Below are positions 12,551 to 26,204 of a stretch of 64,000 nt of DNA, piece by piece. Source of the stretch: Lama guanicoe (Eukaryota); NCBI GenBank assembly GCA_013239625.1, contig MU053933.1, positions 1,304,001 to 1,368,000 on the forward strand, written 5' to 3'. Position 1 is the first letter of the stretch; the number at the start of each line of letters is the position of its first letter. The notes below the pieces were generated by a model, which saw nothing but the letters and a program-made list of their open reading frames with translations, searched no databases and was not told the DNA's origin. Both the position numbers and the translations under genes were made by a program.

Positions 12551-14977
12551 TGGTCACTGCTCAGGGACGGCGAGGCCCACTTACCCACACCCCTGCCTGC
12601 GTTTAGCTCACGGCCTGAGGAATGTGGCCGCCACACCAGATGGAGACCAGGCCTGTCCTCCGAGACCCTTCGTCGCATGGCCGCGCGTGCGGTGTCCCCT
12701 TCTCCTCCGACTCCGTGCCCCGTCCCCGCCCGCTGTGCTTCCGTGCCCCCCTCACCTGGTAGGGGTGGGCTGACACTAGAGAGGTGACGTCTCACTGCGT
12801 CCTGTGGCCTTTGGCCAACCCAGGCCCTGCTCAACTAAAGACAGGTACCCCTTCCTGTTCAAGGATTTACAGACCACCTAGCGGGGTGGCCCTGGCCAAC
12901 AAGGCTGAGTAGTGACAGTGACAGCAATGGGGCTGGTCCTAACGGCAGCTGAGCACTGACAGTAATACAGTGGGGTCGTGGCCGGGCACTAACAGTAGTA
13001 GGACTGGTCCTGATGGCTGCAGGGCCATCCACGCAGGGCAGTCACAGTAGGTATGGCTGGAGGCAGTACATCACGCTGGTCCACTCTGCCTCTTACCCTA
13101 AAGGCAGTCCCTGGGGCGGGCCTGGCCGTGGACACGGACCCACCCCCTGGACTGTTTGGAAGGGGGCCACACAGGTAGGAATCAGGGAACCTGAGGTCTT
13201 GGTTTGCCTGTATGTGGCCACAGCCCAGTCCAAAGGCAGAAGAGGTGTCCCCAGCCTCTTCCAATCCTGGTCCAGCAAAGGGGAAACACGGGGGGCAGCA
13301 ACTGAAGGAACCAACGACTTCCAAGTCGGATGTGTCGGGAACCTGTCTTGGGGCGGCGATGGAGATGAGTGGCTCTGCTCCCAGCCGCGGCTACGGCCAT
13401 GTGGGCATCTCAGTTCTAAGCACTAGCTCTCGAGAACATGGGTCATTTAGCCCCCGGAAAGCCAAGAGCTGCGCGTGCTCCCTCGGCGATTGAGAGTGGC
13501 TTCCTTCCACCCCGTCTCTGCTCCAGGGAAACTGGGCGGCACACTTGGCCTGGCTTCATTCTCCTGCTCTGTGGTAAGTCCCCAAGGGGTCACTTCCTCA
13601 CCCTGTTGCCCAGGCCCCCCTGCAGGGCGACTCGCTGGAGGGTTCGGCTGCTGGGAGCACCTGCAGAGGTTGGGGGGGAGGAGGGAGGGGTAGGGCTTGG
13701 GGTCCGGGCCCCGTGCGACCCTGGGTGGTCCCATCCCTGCTGCTGCCCCGGGGGCTTCCAGTCCGGGAACTCTCCTGAAAGTTCTCCCGTCTGGTGGGAT
13801 TCTGCTTGTTGCAGGGACATGGTAGAGGTGGCAGGGAGACGTCTGAGGTACCTAGTTGGCTGCGAAGTCAGGGACAGGCCCTAGGAGCTTAGGTAGAGGG
13901 TGGGGAGCGAGGTTGCAGGTTCACAGGGTGCAACGAGGGTGCCAGGGAGTGGCTTCTGGAAGTGACAGGCAGGGTGGGTTGGCTGCAGCCTGGGCTGGTC
14001 GTGTGACCCCCAGGACAAGAGAAGATGCCACCAGAGGGGCTGGACCTCATGCAGGGCTCCTGAGCGGTGGTCCCCTAGGTGGTCCCAAAGGACTGGCAGT
14101 GAGGAGGAGGATGGAGGGGTGGGGACTGGGGCCAGGGAGAGAGGAAAGTTGGGGAGGCTTTGCGATTGTCTTGGTGAGAAGTGTCCCTTTGCACAACTGC
14201 CGGGGGCACTGCTGACGAGGGTGTGAGGCCGCTGCAGGAGGCTGAGGGGCAGAGAGGAGGGGGGTCAGGGCTTGACAGGGATGACCCTGGGAAGGGGGCA
14301 CTGAGAAAGCATCTCCATGTTAGGGGACCCCTCCCGTGGGCTTGAGGTCCGCTCCCACTCGCTGGGGGGTGGCAGGAATCCAAGGCTGGCCTGACTCTAG
14401 GGTTGAGGTGCCTACCTCCTCCACGCATCTGCCCCTTGGGGCCCCAAGCTGACCCTGAGGGGTAGGAGGGTTGAGAAAACCCATGGAAAGAAAACACTGC
14501 CAACACCAGTTTCCCGAGTGTTGGGGGAGGAGAGCCGGTGACGGCAGGGGACCCCAGAAGGTGAGGCGGCATGCAGGTGGGAGGGGTCCAGGGCACCAGG
14601 TGCCAGAGGGGCGGTCAGGAGCCCCTCCAGGCAAAGGAGCGCTCAGGACCCTGAGCCCAGCGGATCCTCCGACAGCAGTGCGGCGCTTGGGGTGGGAGGC
14701 GGGGGGCAGAGAGGAGCAGGAGCAGCTGGGGAAGCACCCAGAAGGATTTATCTCAGCCCAGGGGCCGCCCAAGTCCGTGGCCGAGCCCCTGCAGCCAGGC
14801 TGGGAGGCGGGTCCAGGTGTGCGGCTGCAGGCTGCGCTGGGCATAGCAGGCCCAGGGGCGTCTGAGCCGCAGGGAGGAGCCTGGGAGCCTCCTGGGGCCG
14901 CCACAGGCTGGCCGGGGACTTCCGGGGTCTGGAAGGCCTTCTCCAAGGCCGTTTGTGTTCTGTTTACGCTGACTCAC

Positions 14978-15445
14978 GGTGGCCAGCCAGTAGGAGGCCC
15001 CCAGAAGGCATGTCCGTGTCAAATCCCCAGAATCCTTCCATGTGACCTTATTTGGGAAGGGTCTTTGCAGATTCAATTAAGAACCTCAGAGGGAGACTGT
15101 CCTGGACGATCCAAACACACCCTGAACCCAAATTACCCAAAGGCCCTGAATCCCGTGGCGAGCGCTCTTACAGGAGACACACAGGGGGAGACACAGGGAA
15201 GAGGCGAAGCCCGCATGATGATGGCGCCAGAGATGGGAGGGGGCGGCCACAAGCCAAGGGACGCCTGGAGCCCCCAGGATCTGGAAGAGGCAGGCAGGCT
15301 CCCTCCTAAAAGCTGCAGAGGGGCATGGTCCTGACGGCATCTTGACTGCAGACTACCGACCTCTAGGACCGTGAAAGAGTAAATTTCTGTTGGTTTAAGC
15401 CACCGTGTGTGATAATTTACTGGGGAAGCCTCAAGCGACATAGCC
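14978..15445 (+). mobile_element. MLT1 (C/D-like) solo LTR
   Basis: atgtgaccttatttggga...gtctttgcagat...ccacaagccaaggga...taaatttctgttggtttaagccacc. Confidence 0.85.
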
Positions 15446-15746
15446 TATTTGGGGAAGATGAGAGCTGGAAAATGTGTATTAGCTTGTGGGGTAAGAATTT
15501 TCAGGCAAAATAATTCCTTCTTCTTTCATTGGAAAACCAGAGCAAAAGCCAGACACGTGCAGGTTTCAGACAGATGCTGTATCTCAGAACATGTTGCAAA
15601 TCAAAGACAGCTGGGGGGCAGGGGGAGGCGCCCCAGCCCGGACGGAACGCCGCCCAGTGCTTTGCCTCTGCACCGTCAGCAGGCTCCCTGCCTGACCTGC
15701 ACGGCCGTCCGGGCTCCCCGCCAGCGGACGGGCGACAGAGGAGGCG

Positions 15747-16110
15747 GTGTCAGTGTGCTCCGCTGCTGTAACAAAACACCGCAGACTGGGGGCTCACACA
15801 ACACACGTTTCTTCCCCTCCGTTCTGGGGAGTCTGCAATCAGGGTGCCTGCAGAGTTGTGCTCTGGTGAGTCCCCTCTTCCTGGCTTACAGACGGCCTTC
15901 TCCCTGTGTCCTCCTCACCTGGCAGAGAGAGGACTCTGGTGGCTTTTCCTCTTCTTATAGAGACACTAATCCCATCATGGGGGGCCCACCCTCATGACCT
16001 CACCCAAACCTCATCTCCCCGCAAAGGCCCCATCTCCAAATACTATCACACTAGAGGTGATGGTTTCAACATATGAATTTTTGGGGGGACACCATTCAGT
16101 CCACAGCAGA
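15747..16110 (-). mobile_element. MLT1A-like solo LTR
   Basis: gctgctgtaacaaaacacc...cttcttatagagacactaatcccatcatgggg...ctccaaatactatcaca...tttcaacatatgaatttt...cattcagtccacagca. Confidence 0.9.
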
Positions 16111-16139
16111 GGGCATGGCCCAGCCACTAGGATGTTTTC

Positions 16140-16530
16140 TGGAAGAGACATGCAACATATCTGCCTAAAATTTGTTGGCCAAAATTTAGGCACATAGCCA
16201 CATCTAGCTGCAAGAGAAGATGAGGAATATGCCCAGCTAACTGGGGTTGGGGGGTGATCCGGATTACAATGTGCTCAGATAAGAGTTGGGATTCAGACTT
16301 CTTCCACATGCTGCTCCTTCATACTGACCATGCCACCTCATGGTCCAAAATGGCTGCTTGAGCGGCAGTCATCACCTCTGCATTCCAACCAAGAGGACAT
16401 TCCTCACTTAGTCATAATGTAGTGTGGGGGATGTAGTCTTTCATCTGAAGGCAATGTACCCAGCTAAAAGTTGGGGTTCTAAATACTAAGGGAGGGGGAT
16501 GGGAAGGATGTTGGGGGTAATTAGCAGTCT
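16140..16530 (-). mobile_element. Old MLT1J/K-like LTR fragments
   Basis: cacatagccacatctagctgcaagaga; cctcatggtccaaaatggctgc...atcacctctgcattcca; gtacccagctaaaa. Confidence 0.55.
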
Positions 16531-18964
16531 TCATCCACCTTCCTGGTTGCCTCAGGAATCTCATCCAGAGCTTGACATATAATAGTGCCGTCTGGTTCTG
16601 ACATAATCTCAGAATCCATCTCTGCTAAGTCTACACTGCAAGCATCTCAAGAGCAGGAGTCACAACTTTCTCTCTCCTGTTCCACGCAGAGTCTGGACTG
16701 CCAGCCAGCAAACAACAGGAATCATGGGCCTAGTGTTTGCTGAGCTGAGGCTGACTTGTACGCAGTGTGGAACCGGGAAGCAGAGGCCAGGTGTTGTCAT
16801 CTGACCTCAAGGTGACCTACCACCCTGTGCTAACGCCTACCGTCTCCCCAGTTTCAGAGCTCCTCCTCCAATTCAGTGTCTCCAATTTCAGAGTCTCCTC
16901 TGATTTCAGAGTTTCACAAGATCCCCTCAGCACCCCACATCCCTCTGTGAGGCTCAGAACTCTTTCTAAGGAATCCCAGATGAAAGGAACATTTTGCCCA
17001 GTGGCAAGATTCACCTCCTGGCATTCTTGAGACCCTTAGCAGCAAAGGACTGTCCAGAGCTGGGAGAAGGCCATGAAGGACAGACACACGGCCTCCAAAG
17101 GTGACAGGAAATGGGAGCAGGGAGGGACACAGTCCTCAGCCGTTTCTCTGCAGCCACGGGTTTCCAGACGGCTCTGCCTCCTCTGTGGGCACCCCCTCAT
17201 CCCCTCTCTGCACACCAGGGCTGGGGTGGAGCAGGCCCTTTATCTGCTCTGGGCCTGGCGAGATGGCCCAATCCTGCAGGGATGAATTTGTGGGTGGCAA
17301 GATGGTCCCTGCCCTCTTGGCCTGCAAAAGCTAGAACTGCATCACCAGTGCAGGGCGCAGACACCCCGAGCGGACGCTCCAGGCTGAGCTGTAAATGCTG
17401 AAGGCTGCAAGGCCCCTCCTCACAGGAAGCTGCTCACGCTGCCCACCCCCCGCAGTGCCTACATCCTGGGGGAAGGCCCGTAGTTATAACAAGCTCTTTC
17501 ATGATGGGCCTCTGGAGGAATTAGAAATATAATTTTTCAGGCACTTACAGAATACCACGTAATTAGAGCTCCCGCACATGAAAGGGGCACACCATGAGAT
17601 TTGCATCTCGTTTCTCAAAAGAACCAATTTAGATTAAAACAATAAAATACATTCAGGGGAGCGCTAGCCCTGTGATGCTTTCAGCGTCTGCTCTACGCAA
17701 TTCCAGACATCTCCGCCTCCGGAGGAGACCAAGGAGACCATGCCCCTGGGCTCATCCTCAGGCCGTTCGGGGCTGTGTTTGGCCAGATGGAGGAGCTGTG
17801 AAATTCTCACGCATCGCCCTGAGGCGGCGGGAAGAGGCTCCCCGGTGATGCTCACTCACCCTGGCAACGTGCCCACTTGAATCAGCTCAGCGTAAAACGG
17901 GGGGAGAAAATCTGCTCGTCTTTCCGGGTCCTAAGGTAGAAATTTAAGTAGCAGGAAGGATTTTTGATGTTAAATTTCCAGCTCGTAAAGCTGGATGCAA
18001 GTTTGTGATTGGGTGTGGGTGGGGAGGCGAGATGTGGGGGGAGGGTGCAGGGAAGTAGGCACGGCTCAACAGGCCCCTCTTGAGACAAGACTCACCTCTC
18101 CCTGCACAGGGGGCCCTGCGGCCTCCCCCACCTCCCCCACCCTGCCCAGATGGCAGCGTTTGTGAGGAGAGTCACCCAGGGGACAGCGAGCAGCACCACC
18201 GAGACTGGACGACCCTGGAAACACTCTTCAGGGTGAGGACGCGTCTCAGGGAGCCTGGGAGCCAGCTGCGGCCCCAGGCACTGTGGATTTGGGGGTGGGT
18301 GGGGCCCACGGGGTGTGGAGGGGGTGGGGTGTCACTGTGCACAGCGGGGTGTGACATGGGGACCCACGAGGCTGGAGCATCCGTGGCAGAGCAGCGCGTG
18401 GCGGCTGGAGCATTTGCGCGAACACTGGAGACCGCCGGGAGGGAGGGGGGCGGAGGGGCGCCTGCGTCAGCTCCGGGCAGCCCGCTGTCCGCCCCTACTT
18501 CCTCTCCATCATGGAGAACCAGTGAGGGCCAGATGAAGCCCCAGGGTCAGGCCCACTGGCCCGTGGCTCCCTGGGGCTCTGACTCCAGGACAAGCCTCAG
18601 CCCCCTTCCCTGTCCTCAGGGGCTCCCCCGGGTGAGGACAGTGACAATGTGAATGGACCTAAGCTTGTTTTGTCAGGCACAACTCTTGTGGTGACAGTGG
18701 CCCCAGAAGGCAAGCAGGCTGAGCTGTGACCCATACCACCTTGCTGCCTGAGCAGAGATGCTTTGGGAGTTGGCCTGTGTCAGCGAGCAGGTAAGAAACA
18801 GCCCTGATCGGCTCTGCAGCCACTGATGCCCTGCAGTCTGTACCATGGGTGCTCCGGCCACCACGGGGAGGGGCCCAGCTCCCTGAGGCTGGAGCTCCAG
18901 CCTGCAGGACACTCCGACCCGCACGGGACACAGGACTCAGCAGGGGCATGCCTGCTTGGATGCT

Positions 18965-19104
18965 TTCCTCAGGCCTGCACACTGCCCACAGGCGGGCACT
19001 TCCTCAGGCCTGCACACTGCCCACAGGCGGGCACTTCCTCAGGCCTGCACACTGCCCACAGGCGGGCACTTCCTCAGGCCTGCACACTGCCCACAGGTGG
19101 GCAC
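18965..19104. repeat. Minisatellite, 4 x 35 bp (ttcctcaggcctgcacactgcccacaggcgggcac)
   Basis: Units start at 18965, 19000, 19035 and 19070; the first three are identical and the fourth has one C>T; no spacers. Confidence 0.95.
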
Positions 19105-20334
19105 CAGCTCTGAACCACTCTTGGCATCCTCGCATCGTGAACACCGGGCATTCACCCATAAGAGCCCTTTCTGATGTCCCCTGTGTTAACGAAAAGGCTG
19201 TGGATTTCCCGGGAGAACCCCACAGACAGCTTTGTGCCCATCGGCTCAGCCGCAGGGCGGAAGACCATGGGGAGCCCCCACCACGTCGGGTTACGTGTTG
19301 TTGGTCGCCACCCCCCCATCTCCCCAGGTCGCTTCTGGTTCTGGGCAACTGACAGCCTTGGCAACGAAGAAGCACACGTTTAAAGTAAACCCCAGCCCGT
19401 TCAGAGCAGCCTGAGTTTTCCAGAAATGCCTTCAAAGGCTGGCAGCTGTTACGCTGGTCCACGTGGGAGCTGAGCTCACGGGTCCTCTACCCGCTCTGTC
19501 TGTCTGTCTGCCTGTCCACAGCTCCTCTCTGGGGGGGCCCACTGCAGAGGTGGAGACCGTAGGCTCCAGGGCAGCAGAACAGGCCGTGACTCAGCCTGAG
19601 CCGACCACTCTCCCCGGCAGGTGCCACACAGAGGCCCCCTGGACGTTTGAGACGGCACAGGGTGACAAGGACCGCACAAGCTAGGGGTGACGGCTGGGGG
19701 GCGGGTGAGGAGACTGCACGGGCTCACATCGAGCAGCTCCTGGCTTCGGCTCCGCATACGCCTTGGTGCTGCAGGCAGAGCCTGGGTCCCGGGCCAGAAA
19801 CCAGGGCAGAGGCCGAGAGCCAGAAGGTTCTTGGAGGACTTCTGGCCCCAGTTCCCCCTTTTCTCCAGAAAACAAGGCCTGGAGGTGGCGCCAGGGCTGT
19901 CCAAGGACACAAAGCTGGTCCATGTGGCCTTGGCAGAGGGTCTCAGCATGGCTGTGGGGGCCTGTGGCCCATTAGCTCCCTGGGGTGGGGGTTCACACCA
20001 CAGCCTCCGGCAGAGCCTTTAAAGTCCACGTTCCTGGCCCTGCCTCTGTGTTTAGTGGTTCGGGGCCTGGGGTGACACCCGTAGAGGACCTACGCTCCTG
20101 TGTGTTTCTCTCTACAAGCCCCAGTCACCACACCACCTTACTTACCGGGTCCAGGCGTCCAGAGCCAGGGCCCTGAGGGGCACAGCCAGGCCTGCAGGTC
20201 CGCTGTCACGCACCATACTGCTCTCCTGTGGTTTTCCACAAGCTGTCCGCCCGCTGCCTCACATCACTGCCCGGCTCTGCTGGCCATCTGGGTTTGCAGT
20301 CCCTGCCCTGGCCTCAGCTGCATGGGGCAGGGGC

Positions 20335-20418
20335 TGTGGCTGGATCGTCACTGTGTCTCCAGAACCCTGGACAGTGCCTGGCTCCTGAAGGATGGATGGA
20401 TGGATGGATGGATGGATG
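20335..20418 (+). repeat. L2 3' end with tail expanded into (GGAT)n
   Basis: cactgtgtctccagaaccctggacagtgcctggc followed by about 7 GGAT units (20390-20418). Confidence 0.65.
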
Positions 20419-21514
20419 AGGCAGTGGAGGGACTGCATGTGGGAAGGGTCCTCAGAGGCTTCCACCACGGAGGGGAACCCTGGGGACAATGTGGGTCACC
20501 TAATTTCTCCTCAGAATGTGACCTCTCATCTGCTGTGACTCAGCCCCGTCTGCTCCCCGCCCGTCAGGCCCTAAACCTCCAGTCCTGCCCGCAGCCTGTG
20601 AACGAGGACGCGAGACCTGGCTGTCCTGCCAAGCAGCGTGCCTGCCTCGTTCCAGCTCGTCTGCCTGGGGTGCGGGCAAGCGCCTCCGTATCGCTTTTTA
20701 ATGGTCTGCTTTGTTCACCAGGCTTTACAGTCACAGCCAGCCGGCTTGGCTGCCAAGTGGCCACGTCGGTCATTAAGACAGCAGGTCAGCCGTGGAGCTG
20801 GACAACTTCCTGCTGCCCTGGGGAGCCAGCCTGAGGTGGCCGCCCTCCGCCTTTTCTGGGGAAGGAGGCAGTGGGAACATGGGGCATCCAGGGGCTTTGC
20901 TCGGTGTTTTCTGAGGTGCAAATGCCAACCTGCTGTACCACCTCCCTGGGGGACCTGAGTCCCCCGGGCTCAAGAGGAGCCCCTCAAAGTGTTTGTGTTT
21001 GGAACACAGTCGGGAGCTGAGTGGGAAGGAAGGAGGGCTGGGGGAGGGCTCCCTGTGATCTGTCTGAGGGGTGCCTGCCCCCCCCCCGACCGTCTCTTCG
21101 CTCTCCTGCAATTTCACAGGGAAGCACAAGCAGGCGTCCGCACTGCCAGAGGCCAGGCCCACCCTCTGCGTCCACCAGCTTCGCTCTGGGCCAGGGACCC
21201 TGGAATGCTGGCCCACTGGGGCGGGCGGGGTCTGTTAACACAGAGTCAGGGGCTGCAGGGCTGCTTTTCCAGGCAGTTCTCTGTAACTCCCGGGGGACGG
21301 ACACGAGCAGGTCTGGGAAGCAGCAGATCCAGGTCATTCACCCACTCACATGCTCCAGGGCAGCACCCTGAGGTGGGGGGTGCCAGGTGCAGCACCCTCA
21401 CTCTGCAAGTCCATGGTCTATACCCTCCTGGGGTTGCAGTGCCCGCTGAGCTTCCTTTTTCCAGCACTGTTCTGAGATCCTTACCTCGCTAAACCTTGGA
21501 ACCGGGACCACCAT

Positions 21515-21625
21515 AATGCAGAGGCACAGAGAAGTTAGGCAACTTTCTCAAGATCACACAGGAGCTGGACCCAAGGCAGGTGCTCTGGACCCTGAGTACA
21601 TGCCCTGAGCACTAGACACACTGCC
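21515..21625 (-). mobile_element. MIR SINE fragment
   Basis: gaggcacagagaagttaggcaactttctcaagatcacacag is the MIR core in reverse orientation. Confidence 0.7.
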
Positions 21626-22281
21626 CACCAGACGAGTGCTGTGCAGAGTGCACAAGAGTGTAATGAGAAGCCATGCTTGTGCAGCTTTAGGTAAGATAGT
21701 CAGGGAGGACTGCTTGGAGGGGGTGACACTCCAGAAGGAAGAGGCCGAACAGAAGAGCCCTCTAGCCAGCGGCTGTGAGTGACCTCCCCCTCCTCTCCAG
21801 CGAGAGACCCCCAGATGGCTTACAGCTCAGTGGGGATCGGGCCCATGAGAGGCCCCAGCTTGTCTGAGCTGGAAGAGCCTGGAGCCATTCTGCTCCCGCG
21901 TGGGCTGGGGCTGAGCCTTGGTTGGGAACACGAGAGACAGTGGGGTGGTCCTGGGAGGGTGGGATCCCAGGAGGCAGCTCTGGGAGGAGCCCTGCGACAT
22001 GAGCTGAGCCTGGAGCTCCATATGGATGTCCCCTTGCCGAGGACAAGCTGATAGCGTCCCTTGTTGGCTGGCCCTGGCCCTGGCCCTGGTCTCACTGGGG
22101 CTGTGCTGTTCCTCCTGGGGTCAAGAGCCTGAGCCCCACAGAGTGGGAGTCCCAGGCCCCGCCCCTAATGAAAGATCCCCCTTCCCCCAAAGGCTCTGCA
22201 CGCTGCAGGGCAGGTGGCCTCACTAAGCCACTCAAAACAAAGCAGGACAGATCAGGTGTGTGTGTTGGGGCTGGGGGGGGG

Positions 22282-22445
22282 GTCTTAAAGCAACCGAAGT
22301 CTGTTCTCTCATAGTCTGGAAGCCAAAAGTCTGAAATCAAAGCATTAGCAGGACCAAACTCCCTCCCAAGGCTTTAGGGGAGGTTCCCTCCCTGCCTCCT
22401 CCAGTTCCTGGGAGCCCCGGCGTCCTCTGGCTCGTGGCCACACCA
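22282..22445 (-). mobile_element. MLT1 LTR fragment
   Basis: gtcttaaagcaacc...ttctctcatagtctggaagccaaaagtctgaaatcaa...ccctgcctcctccagttcctgg. Confidence 0.75.
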
Positions 22446-23148
22446 CGCAGCCTCCTCTCTGATCCTGGGACCCTCCCTGTGGGCTGTTCAACCGTCTCTG
22501 CCTGCATCTTCTGGGGTCACGTGTGCACGGGGCCCAGGACCCCTGCAGGCCACATCGCTGGAGTGTGAGGACCCGGGGACTCTGAGACCCTCTAACCAGC
22601 AGCCCCACCTGCCGCCAGAGAAAGCCCCCGGGGACCCGCCCCCCTCACCCCGCCTCACCCCACAGAGCCGAGGCTGGCCTGAGCCTGAGGCCTTGTCCGC
22701 GAGCAGCTTCCCACTGGCCCCGACACCCCGGGCTGGCCACAGCCTCCGGGGCGCTCGGTCACTGTGCACTTCCCTCCATCAGGGCAGGGACACGCTGCGC
22801 CGCCTCCAGTTGGGCCAGGAAGTCAACATGACTGAAGTGACAGGGATTTAAGTGTCCCCATGCCTGCTGCTCTCCAGGCCTCAAGTCATTGTCATCTCTG
22901 GGTGCCCACACCATCCACAGGCTTCAGACACACTTGTTGTGCAATAGGCCCCCTTCCCTCTGGCGCCGCTCCTCCCTCTCAGCAGAGCCATGGCGCAGGT
23001 GCGAGCCTGGGCGCGTGTGTGCAGGCGTGGCTGTCCAAGGCCCCGCGGTCTCCGCACAGACCTGCCCTCCCTGCCCAGGCAGAGCTGTGAGGCCCCAAGG
23101 ACGTCCCCGCACACCCCGAGAGGGAGGGTGGGCAATACAGATACCCAG

Positions 23149-23260
23149 ACACACGCACACCACACGTGCGTGCACACACTCAGAAGACACACACTCCACA
23201 TACACCCTCCCCACTCACACGCACATCACGCACAGGCACACGCACGCCCACACGCACACC
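23149..23260. repeat. Degenerate (CA)n/(CACG)n simple repeat
   Basis: Directly visible CA-rich tract. Confidence 0.8.
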
Positions 23261-25164
23261 CCTGAGGGGTGACTTGAGCAAACAGCTTTCCGTCACGGTG
23301 GTTCCCAGACTCAGGCAGGTGCTGCCGTCCACGCTGAGGGTCGCTCTGCACGGTGACTGCGACACTTCTGTGCCAGGGCTCTGAAAAGTGTCAGGACCCC
23401 CCTTGGTGTCCCCAAGCCTTGTGCCTGCACCTTACAAATGATGCGGGGTGTCACATGGTTCACAGAGCCCCAGGAGCCGGGAGGGCCCTCCTCACCCACT
23501 CTCAGCCCCTCCCCTTGGGCTTCTGTTCCAAGGGGGCCCAGGCGGCTGTGCTGAAGCCAGGACAGCCTGGAGGACAGAGTCACCTGCGGCAGCCAGCGCG
23601 GAGGTGACGAATGCCCTCCTCTCACAGCCTCAGGCTGCGTACCTGCCGTGCGGAGCGCAGGCAGGCCCTTCCCTTCGAAGGCCCTTTCCCACCCAGGCCA
23701 GGAGCCCGCGAGCAGTCTGCCTGCTGACTGGGTTCCCGTCTGGCTTCTCTCTGGGCTGACGTCTCCCTTGGAAGTAAGGAGGCGGGTGGGCCCCCCTGGG
23801 CTCTCCAGCAGGGCCTCTGCGCTGGCTCAGGAGAGGGGCCTTCAGGGGGCAGGACGCCCCCAGCTCCCCCGCACAGTGGGTGCAGGACAGCCGGCTCCAG
23901 TCTTCAGGTTCATTATTCTTTAGACTTCTTACCCAGTGGGCTGGAAACCCAGGAGGAGGGACAGGAAGGCGAGCCACGCAAGAGGTGGGGGTGAGAACGG
24001 GCGAGGTGGGCGGGGCCGGGGGGCAGCGGTCCTTCGGAGGCCGGACCTCCGGCGGTGGCCGGGCCGCCGGCCTGCCACCCAGAGCCCTCAGCTTCCTGTC
24101 CAGCCCACATCCAGTGTGGGGTCTGAAAGGGCTTCTCTTTCCCGCAGGGTTTTGGTTCCTGTTTTCTCTCCTTGGACCTGCCAGGACGCTATCAGGTGTG
24201 GGCCGGGGGCCCCCCAGGTGCGCCCACGTGGCCCCGGGTCCATGGCTCCCCCCAGGGGCCGGGCACTGGTTCCCAGAGCCCCAGTTCCGGACCCTCCCTG
24301 CCTCTGCACAGGCCGGGAGAGGGTGAGCCCCACGCAGGCTGACGTCAGCCCAGCCTTCCGGACAGGAAGCCTGCAGCCGGCATCCGGACCTCCAGTCCGC
24401 GCCCGGCCGCGGCTGGCACCAGGGACGCCGCAGCTCTGAACAAGAGGGGCTAAAACGCTCCCTTCGCCCAGTGAAACTCTCAGGTGTGTCCTGGAGCAGC
24501 CCCCGTCCTCCCCTGATGGGCAGCAGACATTCTGGTCTGGCCAAGGGGACCACCCCCAACAAGGGCAGAGCTGGAGTGGCCCAGGGCGACCACAGCGCCC
24601 CTCTCCCCGGGGATCCAAGTTGGGTCAGTGTCAGGCCAAGCAGGGCGGAAGCTACCCCACCCACGCCCCAGTGGGGAGTCGGCCCTGTATAGGTGTTCAG
24701 CTAAGATCTCAGAACCTTCCAGAACCCCACAGGCCCCTGGTAACCTGTCTCTGACACGCAGTCCGCCCCCACTTATCAGTCTTGGGGCTCCTTTTCTTCC
24801 TGGTTCCATTGCTCCTAGGAACTCACAGGACTTTGGACAGATCTGAGTTCAGATCCTGCCCCCTCCTGGGGCCGGCGGGTGTCGGGGGGCTGTGGGCGTG
24901 AATGCCCCCTCCATGGCGGTTCAGATGCACTGACACCAAGATGAGGCAGCGGGCACTTAGGCAGCAGAGGGAACTTTGGGGGATGGGTAGATTTCAGACC
25001 CTGGGTCTTCCGGCTTCTGGGAGCTGCATCCTGCAACCAGACAAATCCCATCTGAAGCCCTGCAGTGGGGCCCAGGAAGCTACATTTTCACAAGGCCCCG
25101 AATTTGCAGCATGTCTGAGCTCTGGGTTGTAGCCTCGGGCTGGGGCCCTGGTTCACCAGCTGCA

Positions 25165-25206
25165 TCCCTCAGTGTTTCTGAGCTTCAGCTTCCTCATCTG
25201 CAAAAG
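25165..25206 (+). mobile_element. MIR core fragment
   Basis: tctgagcttcagcttcctcatctgcaaaa. Confidence 0.6.
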
Positions 25207-26204
25207 GCCAGTCTCACCGCAGCCTGCACAGAATGCTCTAGGCGTGGGTGCTGGGCCATAGCAGGTGTCGGGCGAGTGGTCCTGTCCCAGCAAACACGGA
25301 AACCACACAGCACGAGAGTGAAAGGTGCCTGCCGCTCTGCCGTCCAGCGGACATGGGTTCTGAAACATTTCAGTGTGTTTTCTGCCAGCTTACCTTATCA
25401 ATATAATACAATTAAAAGCTGGGGCCATGCTGTATCTCTACCTTGCTTTGTCCTCTAGGAAATTAGGATTGTTTTCAGTTTTTCACTATGATAGATTTGT
25501 GACAACTGTAGTTAATAGTCTTAGAAAAGAACCTGTGCATCTGAAAGATCATTCCCTAAGGCTAAACTTCCAACTGAAACCCGCAGAGGCCTTCACGGTC
25601 CCTTGTCGCTTTCAGACGTTGATCTGCCCCCTCTCCCGCGCCCGAAGGCCAGCTGCAATCCCTGCGATCCCAGGCTGTGTCGCTGTAGAGTGCGGTGCTG
25701 CCCGGGAAGGGTCGAGCCTGGGAAATGTTTTGGGCGTTGTCCTCCCGCACACACCAGTCTGCCGGTCGCCCAGCCACCTGCCTGCTGTGCTGTCCTTGCT
25801 GGGGTGGGGGGCGGCTGCCATGGGATGGGGGGCCCTGGGTGCAGTCCTGGTCCTTGCTCTCTGGCCGTGCATCTTGGGACCGTGTAAGAGAGGGGCGTGG
25901 GTGGCACAGTGCACCCAGCCCTAGTCTCTTGTAGGCTCCCCCACCCGGTCTCTCTGGCCCTGTTCCCCTGGGTCCCTGTGGGCCAGGAGTTGTACGGGGG
26001 CTGGGAAGCATGCTCCACGGCTCCGGCTCTGAGCAGCCGCAGGGGTGGCAGGAGGAGGAGTGCCTGCAGGGACAGGTGACTTTGTCTGTAAACCGAGGGA
26101 GACCCCTGGGGGCAGGGCCTCCTTGTGCTTTTGCCAAATGGCCTGGGCCCACCAAGATCTGTGAGAGCCAGGGCCTTTCCTCCCTCCTCCAGAGCCTTAA
26201 ATCC

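Noticed and set aside
18965..19104. CRISPR-like 35-bp repeats
   Set aside because: Head-to-tail with no spacers, no cas genes, and a mammalian context
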